Origin: Candidatus Zixiibacteriota bacterium
GTDB lineage: Bacteria > Zixibacteria > MSB-5A5 > GN15 > JAAZOE01
Length of the DNA stretch: 64,000 nt
Assembly (NCBI GenBank): GCA_043819555.1
Contig: JBDREQ010000063.1
Location: forward strand, 32,001-96,000
Direction: 5' to 3'
Of the stretch, positions 32,060-41,428 are shown piece after piece. The first letter of the stretch is position 1, and the number at the start of each line of letters is the position of its first letter. A program made the translations under genes and the position numbers. The notes under the pieces are model-generated. The model was not told the origin of the DNA. It did not search any database and saw only the letters and a list, made by a program, of their open reading frames with translations.

Positions 32060-33367
32060 ATGAAAAAACTATTTGTGTATTTAATCATCATTTGTGCGGG
32101 GATAATCTGTCTGCAGTGTTCAAAAATAATCGAACCGTTCAACACCAACGTCACAACCGGCTCAGACAATAATAACCCTGGCCTGGATCCGGAATATCCC
32201 GACCCGGGATCGGATCGCACTCCCGGGCAATTTACTTTGGCCGAAAAAGGAATGGTCGGGTCGATTAATTCGTTTGGCCTCAAATTATTTAAAAAAATCA
32301 ATAATGCCTCGGCCAATAACAAAAACCTGTTTATCTCCCCCTTGTCCGTTTCTTATGCCCTGGGAATGGCCTACAACGGCGCTGGTGGCGAAACTAAAGA
32401 AGCGATGGCCTCGACCCTTGAGTTGCCCGAATTATCACCAATTGACATAAATTTATGCTATAAAAACATGACCCAGATACTTGGCAATCTTGATGAATAT
32501 GTAACTTTTAATATCGCCAATTCAATCTGGTACCGCAACGGCTTTCCCGTGAAGCAAAGTTTTCTCGATATAAACCGGCAATACTTCCTGGCTACCGTTC
32601 GAGCCCTTGATTTTAACGATCCTTCATCGGCTGACACCATAAACACCTGGGTTGATATAAACACAAATGGAAAAATTACCAATATTATTAATCCCCCAAT
32701 TGACCCGCTGACAATGATGTATCTTATCAATGCCATATATTTCAAGGGCGGGTGGTCGCTGCCGTTCGACCCTGAATTCAGCTTCGATATGGATTTCACA
32801 CGCGAAGACGGCTCCGATGTGCCCCGGACTTTCATGCGAGCCGACACAAGCTTTAATTATACCGAGAACGACCTCTTTCAGGCCATAGAATTAATGTACG
32901 GCGACAGCGCCTTCTCAATTGTTATAATCCTTCCCCTTCCGGAATATACTGTCAATGATATTATTGCCCAATTGGACACCGATGCCTGGGCCCAATGGGT
33001 ATCGCAACTGGAAGATCAAACGGTTTATCTCAAACTTCCCAAATTCAAATTCAAATATGAAATCAGGCCAAAACAGATTCTTGCCGAAATGGGAATGAAT
33101 ATCGCATTTCAGCCGTACGCAGCCGATTTTACACCAATTGCCGATATCAATGATTTGCACATCAGCGATATTATCCATAAAACTTTCGTTCAGCTTGATG
33201 AAGAGGGAACCGAGGCGGCGGCCGTTACCGTTGTCGCGTTCGGGGTTACATCAATTGACCCAACGCCATATATGACGATTAATCGTCCATTCTTGTTTGC
33301 GATTCGAGAACGGGTATCGGGTACAATTTTATTTATTGGTAAAGTTGCCGACCCGGTATGGGAATAA
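32060..33367 (+). CDS. serpin, probable lipoprotein
   Basis: NLFISPLS, NAIYFKGGW, hinge EEGTEAAAVT, NRPFLFAIRE; signal ending LQC. Confidence 0.93.
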   Translation: MKKLFVYLIIICAGIICLQCSKIIEPFNTNVTTGSDNNNPGLDPEYPDPGSDRTPGQFTLAEKGMVGSINSFGLKLFKKINNASANNKNLFISPLSVSYALGMAYNGAGGETKEAMASTLELPELSPIDINLCYKNMTQILGNLDEYVTFNIANSIWYRNGFPVKQSFLDINRQYFLATVRALDFNDPSSADTINTWVDINTNGKITNIINPPIDPLTMMYLINAIYFKGGWSLPFDPEFSFDMDFTREDGSDVPRTFMRADTSFNYTENDLFQAIELMYGDSAFSIVIILPLPEYTVNDIIAQLDTDAWAQWVSQLEDQTVYLKLPKFKFKYEIRPKQILAEMGMNIAFQPYAADFTPIADINDLHISDIIHKTFVQLDEEGTEAAAVTVVAFGVTSIDPTPYMTINRPFLFAIRERVSGTILFIGKVADPVWE

Positions 33368-33385
33368 ATCTTAAGCTGCGATTAC

Positions 33386-33413
33386 GGGCGGTTCATGTTA
33401 TATGCGACCGCCC
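33386..33413. terminator. hairpin between convergent serpin and cupin genes
   Basis: GGGCGGTT…GACCGCCC. Confidence 0.55.
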
Positions 33414-33420
33414 ATTTTAT

Positions 33421-33789
33421 TCAATAATCCCCGCGTTTGGGAACAATACAAATCATCACAAAATCATCATCGTTTGGATTTGAATATTGATGCTCGGTGT
33501 TGGGTGGCACGAAAGCGAATGCGCCTTGGGATAATTCATGTTTTACGCCGTCAATTTCCACATTCCCCTTACCCGAAATAATATAATTGACATGTTCCCA
33601 ATCATGACTATGTTTGGGTGTGTGGCCATCCGGTTTCAGAGTAAAGACGCGAAGCGTATTTTCTTTCCAGCCCTCATCCGGTCCGATGGGAACCTGCTTG
33701 CAGACGTTGGCGATACCCTCTCCAGTAATTTCATCTTTCGTGATTTCATCTATGTGTTTGATGTACAATTTATTCCTCCTTGTGAGCAT
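33421..33789 (-). CDS. cupin domain protein
   Basis: HTPKHSHDWEH…ISGKG…VPPNTEHQY. Confidence 0.88.
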   Translation of the reverse strand: MLTRRNKLYIKHIDEITKDEITGEGIANVCKQVPIGPDEGWKENTLRVFTLKPDGHTPKHSHDWEHVNYIISGKGNVEIDGVKHELSQGAFAFVPPNTEHQYSNPNDDDFVMICIVPKRGDY

Positions 33790-33887
33790 AGAAATATCTC
33801 TATGACTTCAAACGATCCCGAGACTATAATTGTTTGGATAAAAAAACCCCGCTCAAAAATAACGGGGTCGTCAAATTTATTACCTCT

Positions 33888-35000
33888 TTATTCCGTCAAC
33901 CTAAGCGGCATCAAAAGGCAGAGATAGTCATCTTTCGGCGTTTCGGTTGAATAAATAATTCCGGCCGCAACCGGGCTGGATAATTCAAATATAACTTCAT
34001 CGCTGTCAATCTTATTCAAAATATCAGCCACATACCCGGCGTTATAACCGATTTCAATTGACTCTCCCTTATATTCACAAGGAAGATTTTCTTTGGCTTC
34101 ACCACCCACATCGGTGTTTGTCGTCGATAAATTAAGCTTATTATTCTTTACCCCGAATTTCACCTGATGGGTCAGGGAATTGGACAGAATTGATACGCGC
34201 CTGACTGAAGAAGATAAATCGCTGCGCGAGATTATCATCTTTTTATCCGAGTTGCTCGGGATGACGGCCTCAAAGTTGGGATATGGCCCCTCGATTAAGC
34301 GAGAACTTACGATAGTATCGCCGAGGTTAAAAATTATCCTATTTTCTTCAAATATTATTCCCACGCTCTCTTCGTCATCGCCGATAAACTTAGGTATAAG
34401 ATCCAGAACCTTTGGGGGGATAATTACATCATCATTAAGGCCTTTTAATTTTTTGTTTTCCATCGCGACGCGAGCCAGCCGATGACCGTCGGTTGCCACC
34501 ATCATCATCCGTTCGCTTTTAGTTTGCCATAATACGCCGTTAAGGGCCGGGCGAGTTTCATCATTACTGCAGGCGAAGGTGGTGCGCGTAATCATCTCAA
34601 CTAAAGATTTGGCGTCAACTTTAACCTGTTTTTTTAGGTTGATTGCGGGCAATTCGGGAAACTCGTCGGGGGAGATCGATCCTAATTTATAGTTACCGTT
34701 TGGGACTTTAAGCTCAACGCGGTTGGAGATACTCTCAAAGGAAATATCGGATTCGGGCAAATCCTTGACGATATCAAAAAGCATTCTTCCGGGAATAACC
34801 GCTGAACCCTTTTTACTTATATCGGCATCAAGAGTTGTTGTAATCGTGACATCAAGATCGGTGGCAGATATTTTTATTTTTTTCTCCAAACATTCCATAA
34901 GGATATTTGATAAAATGGGCAGAGTTGATTTTGAGGGGACTACCGTCAAAACCGATTGAAGATGTTTTGTCAATCTTGATTTGGGTAGTGAAAATTTCAT
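33888..35000 (-). CDS. dnaN: DNA polymerase III beta clamp
   Basis: STLPILSN, ATDGHRLA, RLIEGPYPNF, LLMPLRL; GGAG RBS before the ATG at 35000. Confidence 0.97.
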   Translation of the reverse strand: MKFSLPKSRLTKHLQSVLTVVPSKSTLPILSNILMECLEKKIKISATDLDVTITTTLDADISKKGSAVIPGRMLFDIVKDLPESDISFESISNRVELKVPNGNYKLGSISPDEFPELPAINLKKQVKVDAKSLVEMITRTTFACSNDETRPALNGVLWQTKSERMMMVATDGHRLARVAMENKKLKGLNDDVIIPPKVLDLIPKFIGDDEESVGIIFEENRIIFNLGDTIVSSRLIEGPYPNFEAVIPSNSDKKMIISRSDLSSSVRRVSILSNSLTHQVKFGVKNNKLNLSTTNTDVGGEAKENLPCEYKGESIEIGYNAGYVADILNKIDSDEVIFELSSPVAAGIIYSTETPKDDYLCLLMPLRLTE

Positions 35001-35286
35001 ACGATGCTCCTTAATAAATCTTCTGGCGATGCTATCCACACCATCTTATTATTTTATTCTCTTATATATCTAAAAAATAATAATAATTAGTCCTGTGGAT
35101 ATGTGGACAACAACACCTCAATCAATATAAACTCCGGTAAATATTGAGTTTTTCGTGCCCCTATAAGATACGGGGGGGGTGAAAATGATGTCAACAAGTG
35201 TTTTTTTCTCATAGCCTTATCAACACGAAAATTTTTTCTACTATTTCCACACATATTTCCACTAATCTTTCAACCGGATACTCACC
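35001..35286. other. oriC, dnaA-dnaN intergenic part with unwinding element
   Basis: DnaA-box-like sites at 35032-40, 35094-102, 35102-110, 35217-25 and 35243-51; AT-rich tract 35045-35089. Confidence 0.85.
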
Positions 35287-36666
35287 TTAGCTTGATAGGC
35301 TGTTTTGTATAGATTCCAACCTTCTTCGAAAGCCGCTATCAGACAAACTCATTTTCTCAACCAAATTACAGGCGTGGATTACAGTGCTATGGTCTCGCCC
35401 GCCAAATTCATCCCCAATCGCCTTTAATGAATTGCCGGTGAGATTTCGAGAAAGATACATGGCCACCTGGCGAGCCAGGGCTATATTCTGGGTCTTTTTT
35501 CGCGCTGAAAGCATATCAATCTCAATATCAAAACTATCGGAAACCTTCTTTTTAATGGCTTTGATTGAAACCGTCTTCCTGCGGGTTCGAAAAGTATCGG
35601 ACAAAACCTTCTCAGCCATCTCAAGATTCAGCTCCACGCCACGCAGAGAAGCGTAGGCCAGGATGCGGATCAGGGAACCCTCCAACTCACGGATATTAGT
35701 CGTTACCGAATCGGCAATGAACGATATAATATCCTCGCCGACGACAATACCTTCCGCCTCAACCTTGCGATTCAAAATTGCCATTCTGGTTTCAAGGTCA
35801 GGTGGCTGAATATCCGTCACTAGACCGCAGGAAAACCTCGACAAAAGGCGCTCTTCCATGCCCTTAATATCCTTGGGGGCGCGATCTGAGGTCAGGATAA
35901 TCTGCTTTCCCACATTGTGGAGAGTGTTGAAAGTATGGAAAAACTGTTCCTGGGTCGATTCTTTACCGGCGAAAAATTGGGTATCATCAATCAGCAAGGC
36001 ATCAACGTTGCGGTATCGGTTGACAAAATCGCTGGTCGTATTTCGAGAAATCGAATCGATGAATTCCGATGTAAACTTCTCCGAAGTCGCGTAAAGAATC
36101 CTCTTAGTCAAATCATTTTCGAGGATATAATGTCCAATCCCCTGAAGCAAATGAGTTTTGCCCAATCCCACCCCGCCATAAATATAGAGCGGGTTATACT
36201 TTGTTTTGCCGGGCGCTTCAGCTACCGCTAGGGAAGCGGCGTATGGGAATTGATTGAAATTTCCAACGACCAAGTTTTCAAAAGTATATCTGTCGTTGAG
36301 CATGCCGGCGCCATGATTACTTTTTCTTATGGCCGGAATGTCGGAAGATGAGAAATGCTCAATCGGTATCGATGTCCGGCGAAAATTAAATTCAGTCTGA
36401 CCAGAACCTTCGTGTTTTACTGTAAAGCAAAACGGAACGGTTTCTCCGATCGATTGAGTTATGGCTTCATCAATCAATCCAGAATAATGTTCTCCAATCC
36501 ATTCCGCTACAAACTGATTGGGGACAATAATTTGTAGCCCGCCATTGCTGTCCGATACACCCTTGGTCTGCTTCAACCAGGTGGCAAAAGACTGCTTTTT
36601 TACTCGCCGTGAAAGATACTGTAGACAATCATCCCATATTTTTTGGTGATCCCCTGAAATCGTCAT
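35287..36666 (-). CDS. dnaA: chromosomal replication initiator DnaA
   Basis: YNPLYIYGGVGLGKTHLL, QEQFFHTFN, NIRELEG, GGRDHSTVIHA. Confidence 0.98.
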   Translation of the reverse strand: MTISGDHQKIWDDCLQYLSRRVKKQSFATWLKQTKGVSDSNGGLQIIVPNQFVAEWIGEHYSGLIDEAITQSIGETVPFCFTVKHEGSGQTEFNFRRTSIPIEHFSSSDIPAIRKSNHGAGMLNDRYTFENLVVGNFNQFPYAASLAVAEAPGKTKYNPLYIYGGVGLGKTHLLQGIGHYILENDLTKRILYATSEKFTSEFIDSISRNTTSDFVNRYRNVDALLIDDTQFFAGKESTQEQFFHTFNTLHNVGKQIILTSDRAPKDIKGMEERLLSRFSCGLVTDIQPPDLETRMAILNRKVEAEGIVVGEDIISFIADSVTTNIRELEGSLIRILAYASLRGVELNLEMAEKVLSDTFRTRRKTVSIKAIKKKVSDSFDIEIDMLSARKKTQNIALARQVAMYLSRNLTGNSLKAIGDEFGGRDHSTVIHACNLVEKMSLSDSGFRRRLESIQNSLSS

Positions 36667-37100
36667 AAGGTATTACCCCTCAAGCAATGTTTTCCACATA
36701 TAATGTTGACAACTATACCATCGCAACATGTGGCAGTTCAACCGGTTGCCACAGGCGCTAGCGCGTCGCGTTGAAGTTTTCCACAATTATAGAGAATTCT
36801 TCCTGTATCAATTACGTTGAACGCCATACAAGTACGGGCCCCCGTGGAGTTATCCACATCTTTTTAACATATTATCGTTCATAGAGTTCTGTCAATATTA
36901 TAGGGCTATTGGCGTTTGCTGTCAAGGGGCATTTCGACAAATAAAATCCACCCCATCGCAACCTATTAAAATGACGTAAGTTCGGGGCAAAAGTTTTCTA
37001 CGATAAATGTTGATAATTATGCAATCTTCCATGAAATCGAAAACAAGAACCTCCTAACGCCAATTCACACATCCAGTAATAGCCCTATCCCTCAAATAAC
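36667..37100. promoter_or_regulatory. DnaA-box cluster upstream of dnaA
   Basis: TTTTCCACA at 36690 and 36777, perfect TTATCCACA at 36850-58, TGTTGATAA at 37008-16. Confidence 0.8.
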
Positions 37101-37246
37101 ATAAAACTGGACCAGTAATGATTCAACAACGATTTATACCGATTCCTGCTAAACGGCCGCATAAAATAGCGATCCAAAGCAATATCTAAACAATGGCGCC
37201 ATTTTTACGAATGGGTCAAGATATAAGGGAAAGAATTAAGGTGGAA

Positions 37247-37279
37247 AAATCGCATCAGATTAAATATCTGATGCGATTT
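37247..37279 (-). terminator. perfect 14-bp hairpin downstream of the Rrf2 gene
   Basis: AAATCGCATCAGAT-taaat-ATCTGATGCGATTT. Confidence 0.7.
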
Positions 37280-37289
37280 ATTTATATTT

Positions 37290-37694
37290 TTATTTTTTCT
37301 TTTTGGTAAGCAGATCGCCGAGGTTCATTTTCTTAAATTCAACCTTCATTGCATCCTGCGCTTTCTTATATACCTTGACAAGCTTGCAATCCGGTTCCTT
37401 GTGGCAATCAATCGGCCCCTTTATACAATCATAAAGAAAAATCGTCCCCTGAACCGCTTCGAGAATATCGAGCATAGTAATTTTTTCTGGAGGCCGCGTC
37501 AAACGAACTCCGCCGCCATAGCCCCGAACTGAACGCACCAAACCCGCGCGCGACAAATCAGAAAGAATCTGTGGCAGAAACTTCGACGGAATTTCCTGTG
37601 CCTGAGCGATTTTCTCAGATGTCGAAAAATGGTCCTTGGCCTCAGCCAACTGCCACAGCGCGCGAATTGCATACTCTGTACGATTGTTAATCAT
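37290..37694 (-). CDS. Rrf2 family transcriptional regulator with three Cys (probable Fe-S)
   Basis: EYAIRAL, GLVRSVRGYGGG, DCIKGPIDCHKEPDC. Confidence 0.92.
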   Translation of the reverse strand: MINNRTEYAIRALWQLAEAKDHFSTSEKIAQAQEIPSKFLPQILSDLSRAGLVRSVRGYGGGVRLTRPPEKITMLDILEAVQGTIFLYDCIKGPIDCHKEPDCKLVKVYKKAQDAMKVEFKKMNLGDLLTKKKK

Positions 37695-38028
37695 TTAACT
37701 CCTCTTTACTTTTTTTTGGGGTTGTTTTATAATTGGCATCAAACAATCTTCTTCCATACGACATAATTCCAAAAAAGGACACCAATACCTATAATGAATA
37801 AATGTCTAACGAAATATATCAGTTCAGAGTGACATTATACGACATAAATACTCGTTAGTAAAGAATTTTTTTTGGAATTGTTATATTCCCCCTGAAAAAT
37901 TCAAGCCAGGCTTAAGTAATTCCATGTAATTTGGGGAATTAAGTATATGAAATATCCATAATCGGCTTGACAAAATCACTCAAAATAATAAATTGCTGGA
38001 GCGTCGTTCGGATAAAGAAAGGTTGGGC

Positions 38029-38625
38029 GTGATTAGGATTATATGCGCCCTGGGAAATCCGGGCAAGCAATATTTATATTCGCGGCATAATTTTGGTTTT
38101 GCCGTTTTGGATCGACTCAGGGAGCGACTGGAAATTATCAAAAGTGGTCGTGCCAATTGGTTTGATTATGATTATATACGAGGCGATTCGGGAAATTTAG
38201 TTTTAATGAAACCCGCGACTTTTGTAAACAGATCGGGGGTGGCGGTGGCTGAAGCGTTGAATCTATATTCGGCTATACCGTCAGAGCTCTTTGTCATCGT
38301 TGACGATTTTAATCTGAGCCTGGGAAGCATCAGGATTAGAAAATCAGGTTCGGCGGGCGGACACAACGGCCTGGCTGCGATAATCGAAACTATCGAGGAC
38401 GATCAATTTCCTCGGTTGCGTGGCGGTGTTGGTCCGTTGCCGGAAGGATATTCCGGATCCCCGGATAAAATCTCCGATTTTGTTCTGAGCCGCTTTGCGT
38501 CGGACGAGATAAAAGTCGTTAATAATCTGCTTAATCGCTCGGCCATGGCGGTTTTGGAAGTCATTAAGAACGGTCTTGATTTGGCGATAAGTAGATACAA
38601 CAACAATAACCCTACTCTGGAATAG
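38029..38625 (+). CDS. pth: peptidyl-tRNA hydrolase
   Basis: LGNPGKQY, RHNFGF, KPATFVNRSG, GSAGGHNGL; GTG start after a TTGACA promoter at 37967. Confidence 0.95.
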   Translation: MIRIICALGNPGKQYLYSRHNFGFAVLDRLRERLEIIKSGRANWFDYDYIRGDSGNLVLMKPATFVNRSGVAVAEALNLYSAIPSELFVIVDDFNLSLGSIRIRKSGSAGGHNGLAAIIETIEDDQFPRLRGGVGPLPEGYSGSPDKISDFVLSRFASDEIKVVNNLLNRSAMAVLEVIKNGLDLAISRYNNNNPTLE

Positions 38626-38661
38626 AAATTCCAGGGTCAATTAAGTCCGAAGGGAGAAATA

Positions 38662-39105
38662 ATGACTCTTTACGACACCACCTTTATACTCAATCCACAA
38701 TTGGAAGAATCCGGACTTGACGAGCGTGTGAAACAAGTGATCGAGCTTATTAATTCACATGGCGGAAAAGTTACCAAAGAAAACCGGATGGGAATGCGTC
38801 GGCTGGCTTATGAAATCCAAAAAATGACACAAGGTTATTACGTCAATCTGGTTTTTGAGGGCAGCGGCGATACCGTAAAAGAACTGGAGCATCGTTTTCG
38901 ACTCGATGAAAATTGTATGCGCTTTTTAACCTGTCTTTACAAGGAAGTTCCCGAAAAAACCATTAGTTCCCGCTCGCCTCGCGATGATGATGATCGCGAT
39001 TCGAATCACGATTTTGGGGATCGCGACCGAAATCGAGGTTTTGGGGATCGTGAACGAAAGCGGGATTTTGGGGATCGTTTAAGACCCAGAATAGATGAGG
39101 ATTAA
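38662..39105 (+). CDS. rpsF: 30S ribosomal protein S6
   Basis: GMRRLAYEIQK; C-terminal FGDR repeats. Confidence 0.95.
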   Translation: MTLYDTTFILNPQLEESGLDERVKQVIELINSHGGKVTKENRMGMRRLAYEIQKMTQGYYVNLVFEGSGDTVKELEHRFRLDENCMRFLTCLYKEVPEKTISSRSPRDDDDRDSNHDFGDRDRNRGFGDRERKRDFGDRLRPRIDED

Positions 39106-39170
39106 TAAGGGAAAACAGCGCCTAAAAAAGCCGAAGAGCATTAACCGGATTAAAAGAAAGAGTATAAATT

Positions 39171-39428
39171 ATGGCCTTCATTAGAAGAAAAAAAGCCCGC
39201 TTTGCGGATAAAAAAAAGAAACGCCATTGCCGTTTCTGCGAATACAAAATAGATGCCGTTGATTATCGCGATGAACGCATTCTTAAGCGGTTTGTTACTG
39301 AACGAGGGAAAATCATCCCGAAAAGGATTTCAGGTACTTGCGCCTTCCATCAACGCATTGTAACAACGGCTATAAAACGGGCCCGGCATCTGGCGATTTT
39401 GCCATTTGTAGCCGAGTCTTTCAAATAG
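39171..39428 (+). CDS. rpsR: 30S ribosomal protein S18 (Cys-containing type)
   Basis: [23 protein letters not shown]. Confidence 0.96.
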   Translation: MAFIRRKKARFADKKKKRHCRFCEYKIDAVDYRDERILKRFVTERGKIIPKRISGTCAFHQRIVTTAIKRARHLAILPFVAESFK

Positions 39429-39444
39429 AAACGGGCAGGTAACT

Positions 39445-40380
39445 GTGCAATCCCGCACGGTGATAATATCATCCACCGTATTCTTAACCGCCCTGGCGGC
39501 CTACTGGTCGTTAATCCCCGGGATAGGTTTTCTCCTGGAAATTTATCTTATGTGGGGAATCATTGTCGCCACGGTTGAAGGGCGCCATTGGATGATTGTC
39601 GGCGCCTCAATTGTCGCCATAATTTTCGGCGCGATTCCGGGGATAGCTGTTATGCCGATGATGTTTCTATTGCCTAACCTGGTCAAATTAATTTTGCCGG
39701 CCATGATAATAGGATTTTTGCTGAATCGGGGTATCAAGGCCACGGCCGCATTCTGGTTTGCGGTCGGCTGTATGGCGCTTATTATGACCGTCAGCTATTT
39801 ACAGACAATGGGATTTATGTCCGAACTAATCGAAGATGTCCATCTGCGAACCCTGGGATGGTTCAAATCAACCTTGATATCGGCAGGATACAGTACCGAA
39901 TTTATTGAATCTGTGGGCGATTCTCTGGTTCGGGCCAAAAACATGCTTCTGCATCTATTGCCGGGATTAATGATCCTGACGGGTATTGGCCAGATTTTCG
40001 TTTCGATGGTTTTGGTTGAGTGGTATTTTACTAAACGGGACAGCTATTTCCCCGGATTTGGGCGTTTCGTTTATTGGAAAATGCCCGAAAAATCATTATA
40101 TTTTTGGACGGCGGCCATCATGATTCGGCTCTTATGGACCGGTACCGCGCAAATGATTGCCGATAACGCTTTGCTGATATTCGTCAGCTTTTATTCTGTT
40201 ACCGGTTTGTCATTAATTGAGTATGGACTTCGCAAGCTGAGATTGCCGAAATTGATCCGTATCATTTTTTATATCGGCCTGTTTTTTATGCAGATTCCCG
40301 GTCTCATCGCGGCGGCGGCCGCCGGGCTGTTTGACAGTTACTTTGATTTTAGAAAGGTCCGAGCCCATTCTCTTGGATAA
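39445..40380 (+). CDS. YybS/DUF2232 family membrane protein
   Basis: Multi-TM, GLFDSYFDFRK; conserved position between rpsR and rplI. Confidence 0.85.
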   Translation: MQSRTVIISSTVFLTALAAYWSLIPGIGFLLEIYLMWGIIVATVEGRHWMIVGASIVAIIFGAIPGIAVMPMMFLLPNLVKLILPAMIIGFLLNRGIKATAAFWFAVGCMALIMTVSYLQTMGFMSELIEDVHLRTLGWFKSTLISAGYSTEFIESVGDSLVRAKNMLLHLLPGLMILTGIGQIFVSMVLVEWYFTKRDSYFPGFGRFVYWKMPEKSLYFWTAAIMIRLLWTGTAQMIADNALLIFVSFYSVTGLSLIEYGLRKLRLPKLIRIIFYIGLFFMQIPGLIAAAAAGLFDSYFDFRKVRAHSLG

Positions 40381-40409
40381 AAATTTGGATTTGAAAGGAT
40401 AGATAAACA

Positions 40410-40856
40410 ATGAAAGTTATTTTAACCGACGATGTCACCGATTTGGGGCAAACCGGCGATACAATTGAGGTCAAAACCGGTTACGCCCGCAATTTTCTTA
40501 TCCCCCGCAACCTGGCTATTCCCGCCACTAAGGGAAACCTGCGGGCGGTGGATCATGTTAAGAAAGAAAAGGAACTGCGCGACAAAAAACGCCGCCGCGG
40601 CGCCGAGAAAATTCGCGATGATATCCAAAAGCTTTCCCTGACCAGCTCGCTGGCGGTGGGTGAAGAAGATCAAGTGTACGGTTCGATCACCAGCCATAAC
40701 ATTGCCGATTTGATCGCGAAAGAAGGCTGCACGATCGAGAGACGCTGGATACAGCTTGAAGAACCGATTAAGGCTTTAGGCATGTACACTATCAAGATAA
40801 AAATCGAAAAAGACGTCGAGGCGGCAGTAAAACTATTGGTTGAAAAAAAGGCATAA
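40410..40856 (+). CDS. rplI: 50S ribosomal protein L9
   Basis: MKVIL…VKTGYARNFLIP, YGSIT. Confidence 0.97.
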   Translation: MKVILTDDVTDLGQTGDTIEVKTGYARNFLIPRNLAIPATKGNLRAVDHVKKEKELRDKKRRRGAEKIRDDIQKLSLTSSLAVGEEDQVYGSITSHNIADLIAKEGCTIERRWIQLEEPIKALGMYTIKIKIEKDVEAAVKLLVEKKA

Positions 40857-40859
40857 CGA

Positions 40860-41363
40860 ATGGCAATGGTAGAAATTCAAATAGACGGCCTGGCGATGGA
40901 TCTCGTATCCAATTCGCCAGTCGTCGTATTGGCTTCAAAAGAATTAAATAAGGTTTTACCGATCTGGATCGGCCATAGCGAAGCCTGGGCCATCGCCATG
41001 GAAATCTCCGGGATGGGATCCAAACGGCCGATGACTCATGATCTTTTCAAAAACGCGATTTTGGCCATGGACGCCAAACTTGATAAGGTCGAAATCACCG
41101 ATCTAAAAGACCAAACGTTTTATGCTCGGCTGCATATTATTATCGGTGGCAAACATATCGATCTCGACGCCCGCCCTTCCGATTCGATCGCGTTGGCCCT
41201 AAAGACCAAATGCCCGATTTTCATCAACGAGGATTTATTATCCATTCAACCGAAAACAGACGAACCGCCAGAAAAACAGATGCCCCCGTCAGGACCGCCG
41301 GAATCTCTGGCCGACCGCCTCAAACGCATCGACCCGGAAGATTTTGGGAAATATTCGCTGTAG
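40860..41363 (+). CDS. bifunctional nuclease family protein (DUF151)
   Basis: LPIWIG, RPMTHDL, DARPSDSIALA. Confidence 0.92.
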   Translation: MAMVEIQIDGLAMDLVSNSPVVVLASKELNKVLPIWIGHSEAWAIAMEISGMGSKRPMTHDLFKNAILAMDAKLDKVEITDLKDQTFYARLHIIIGGKHIDLDARPSDSIALALKTKCPIFINEDLLSIQPKTDEPPEKQMPPSGPPESLADRLKRIDPEDFGKYSL

Positions 41364-41428
41364 AGTTTTAGAATGTACATAATCCGGGATATTTATCTTT
41401 GAATTGACAATTATTGAATCATCCAGCC

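Noticed and set aside
35172..35179. G8 run in the dnaA-dnaN gap as a phase-variation tract
   Set aside because: Non-coding and not in an evident promoter spacer
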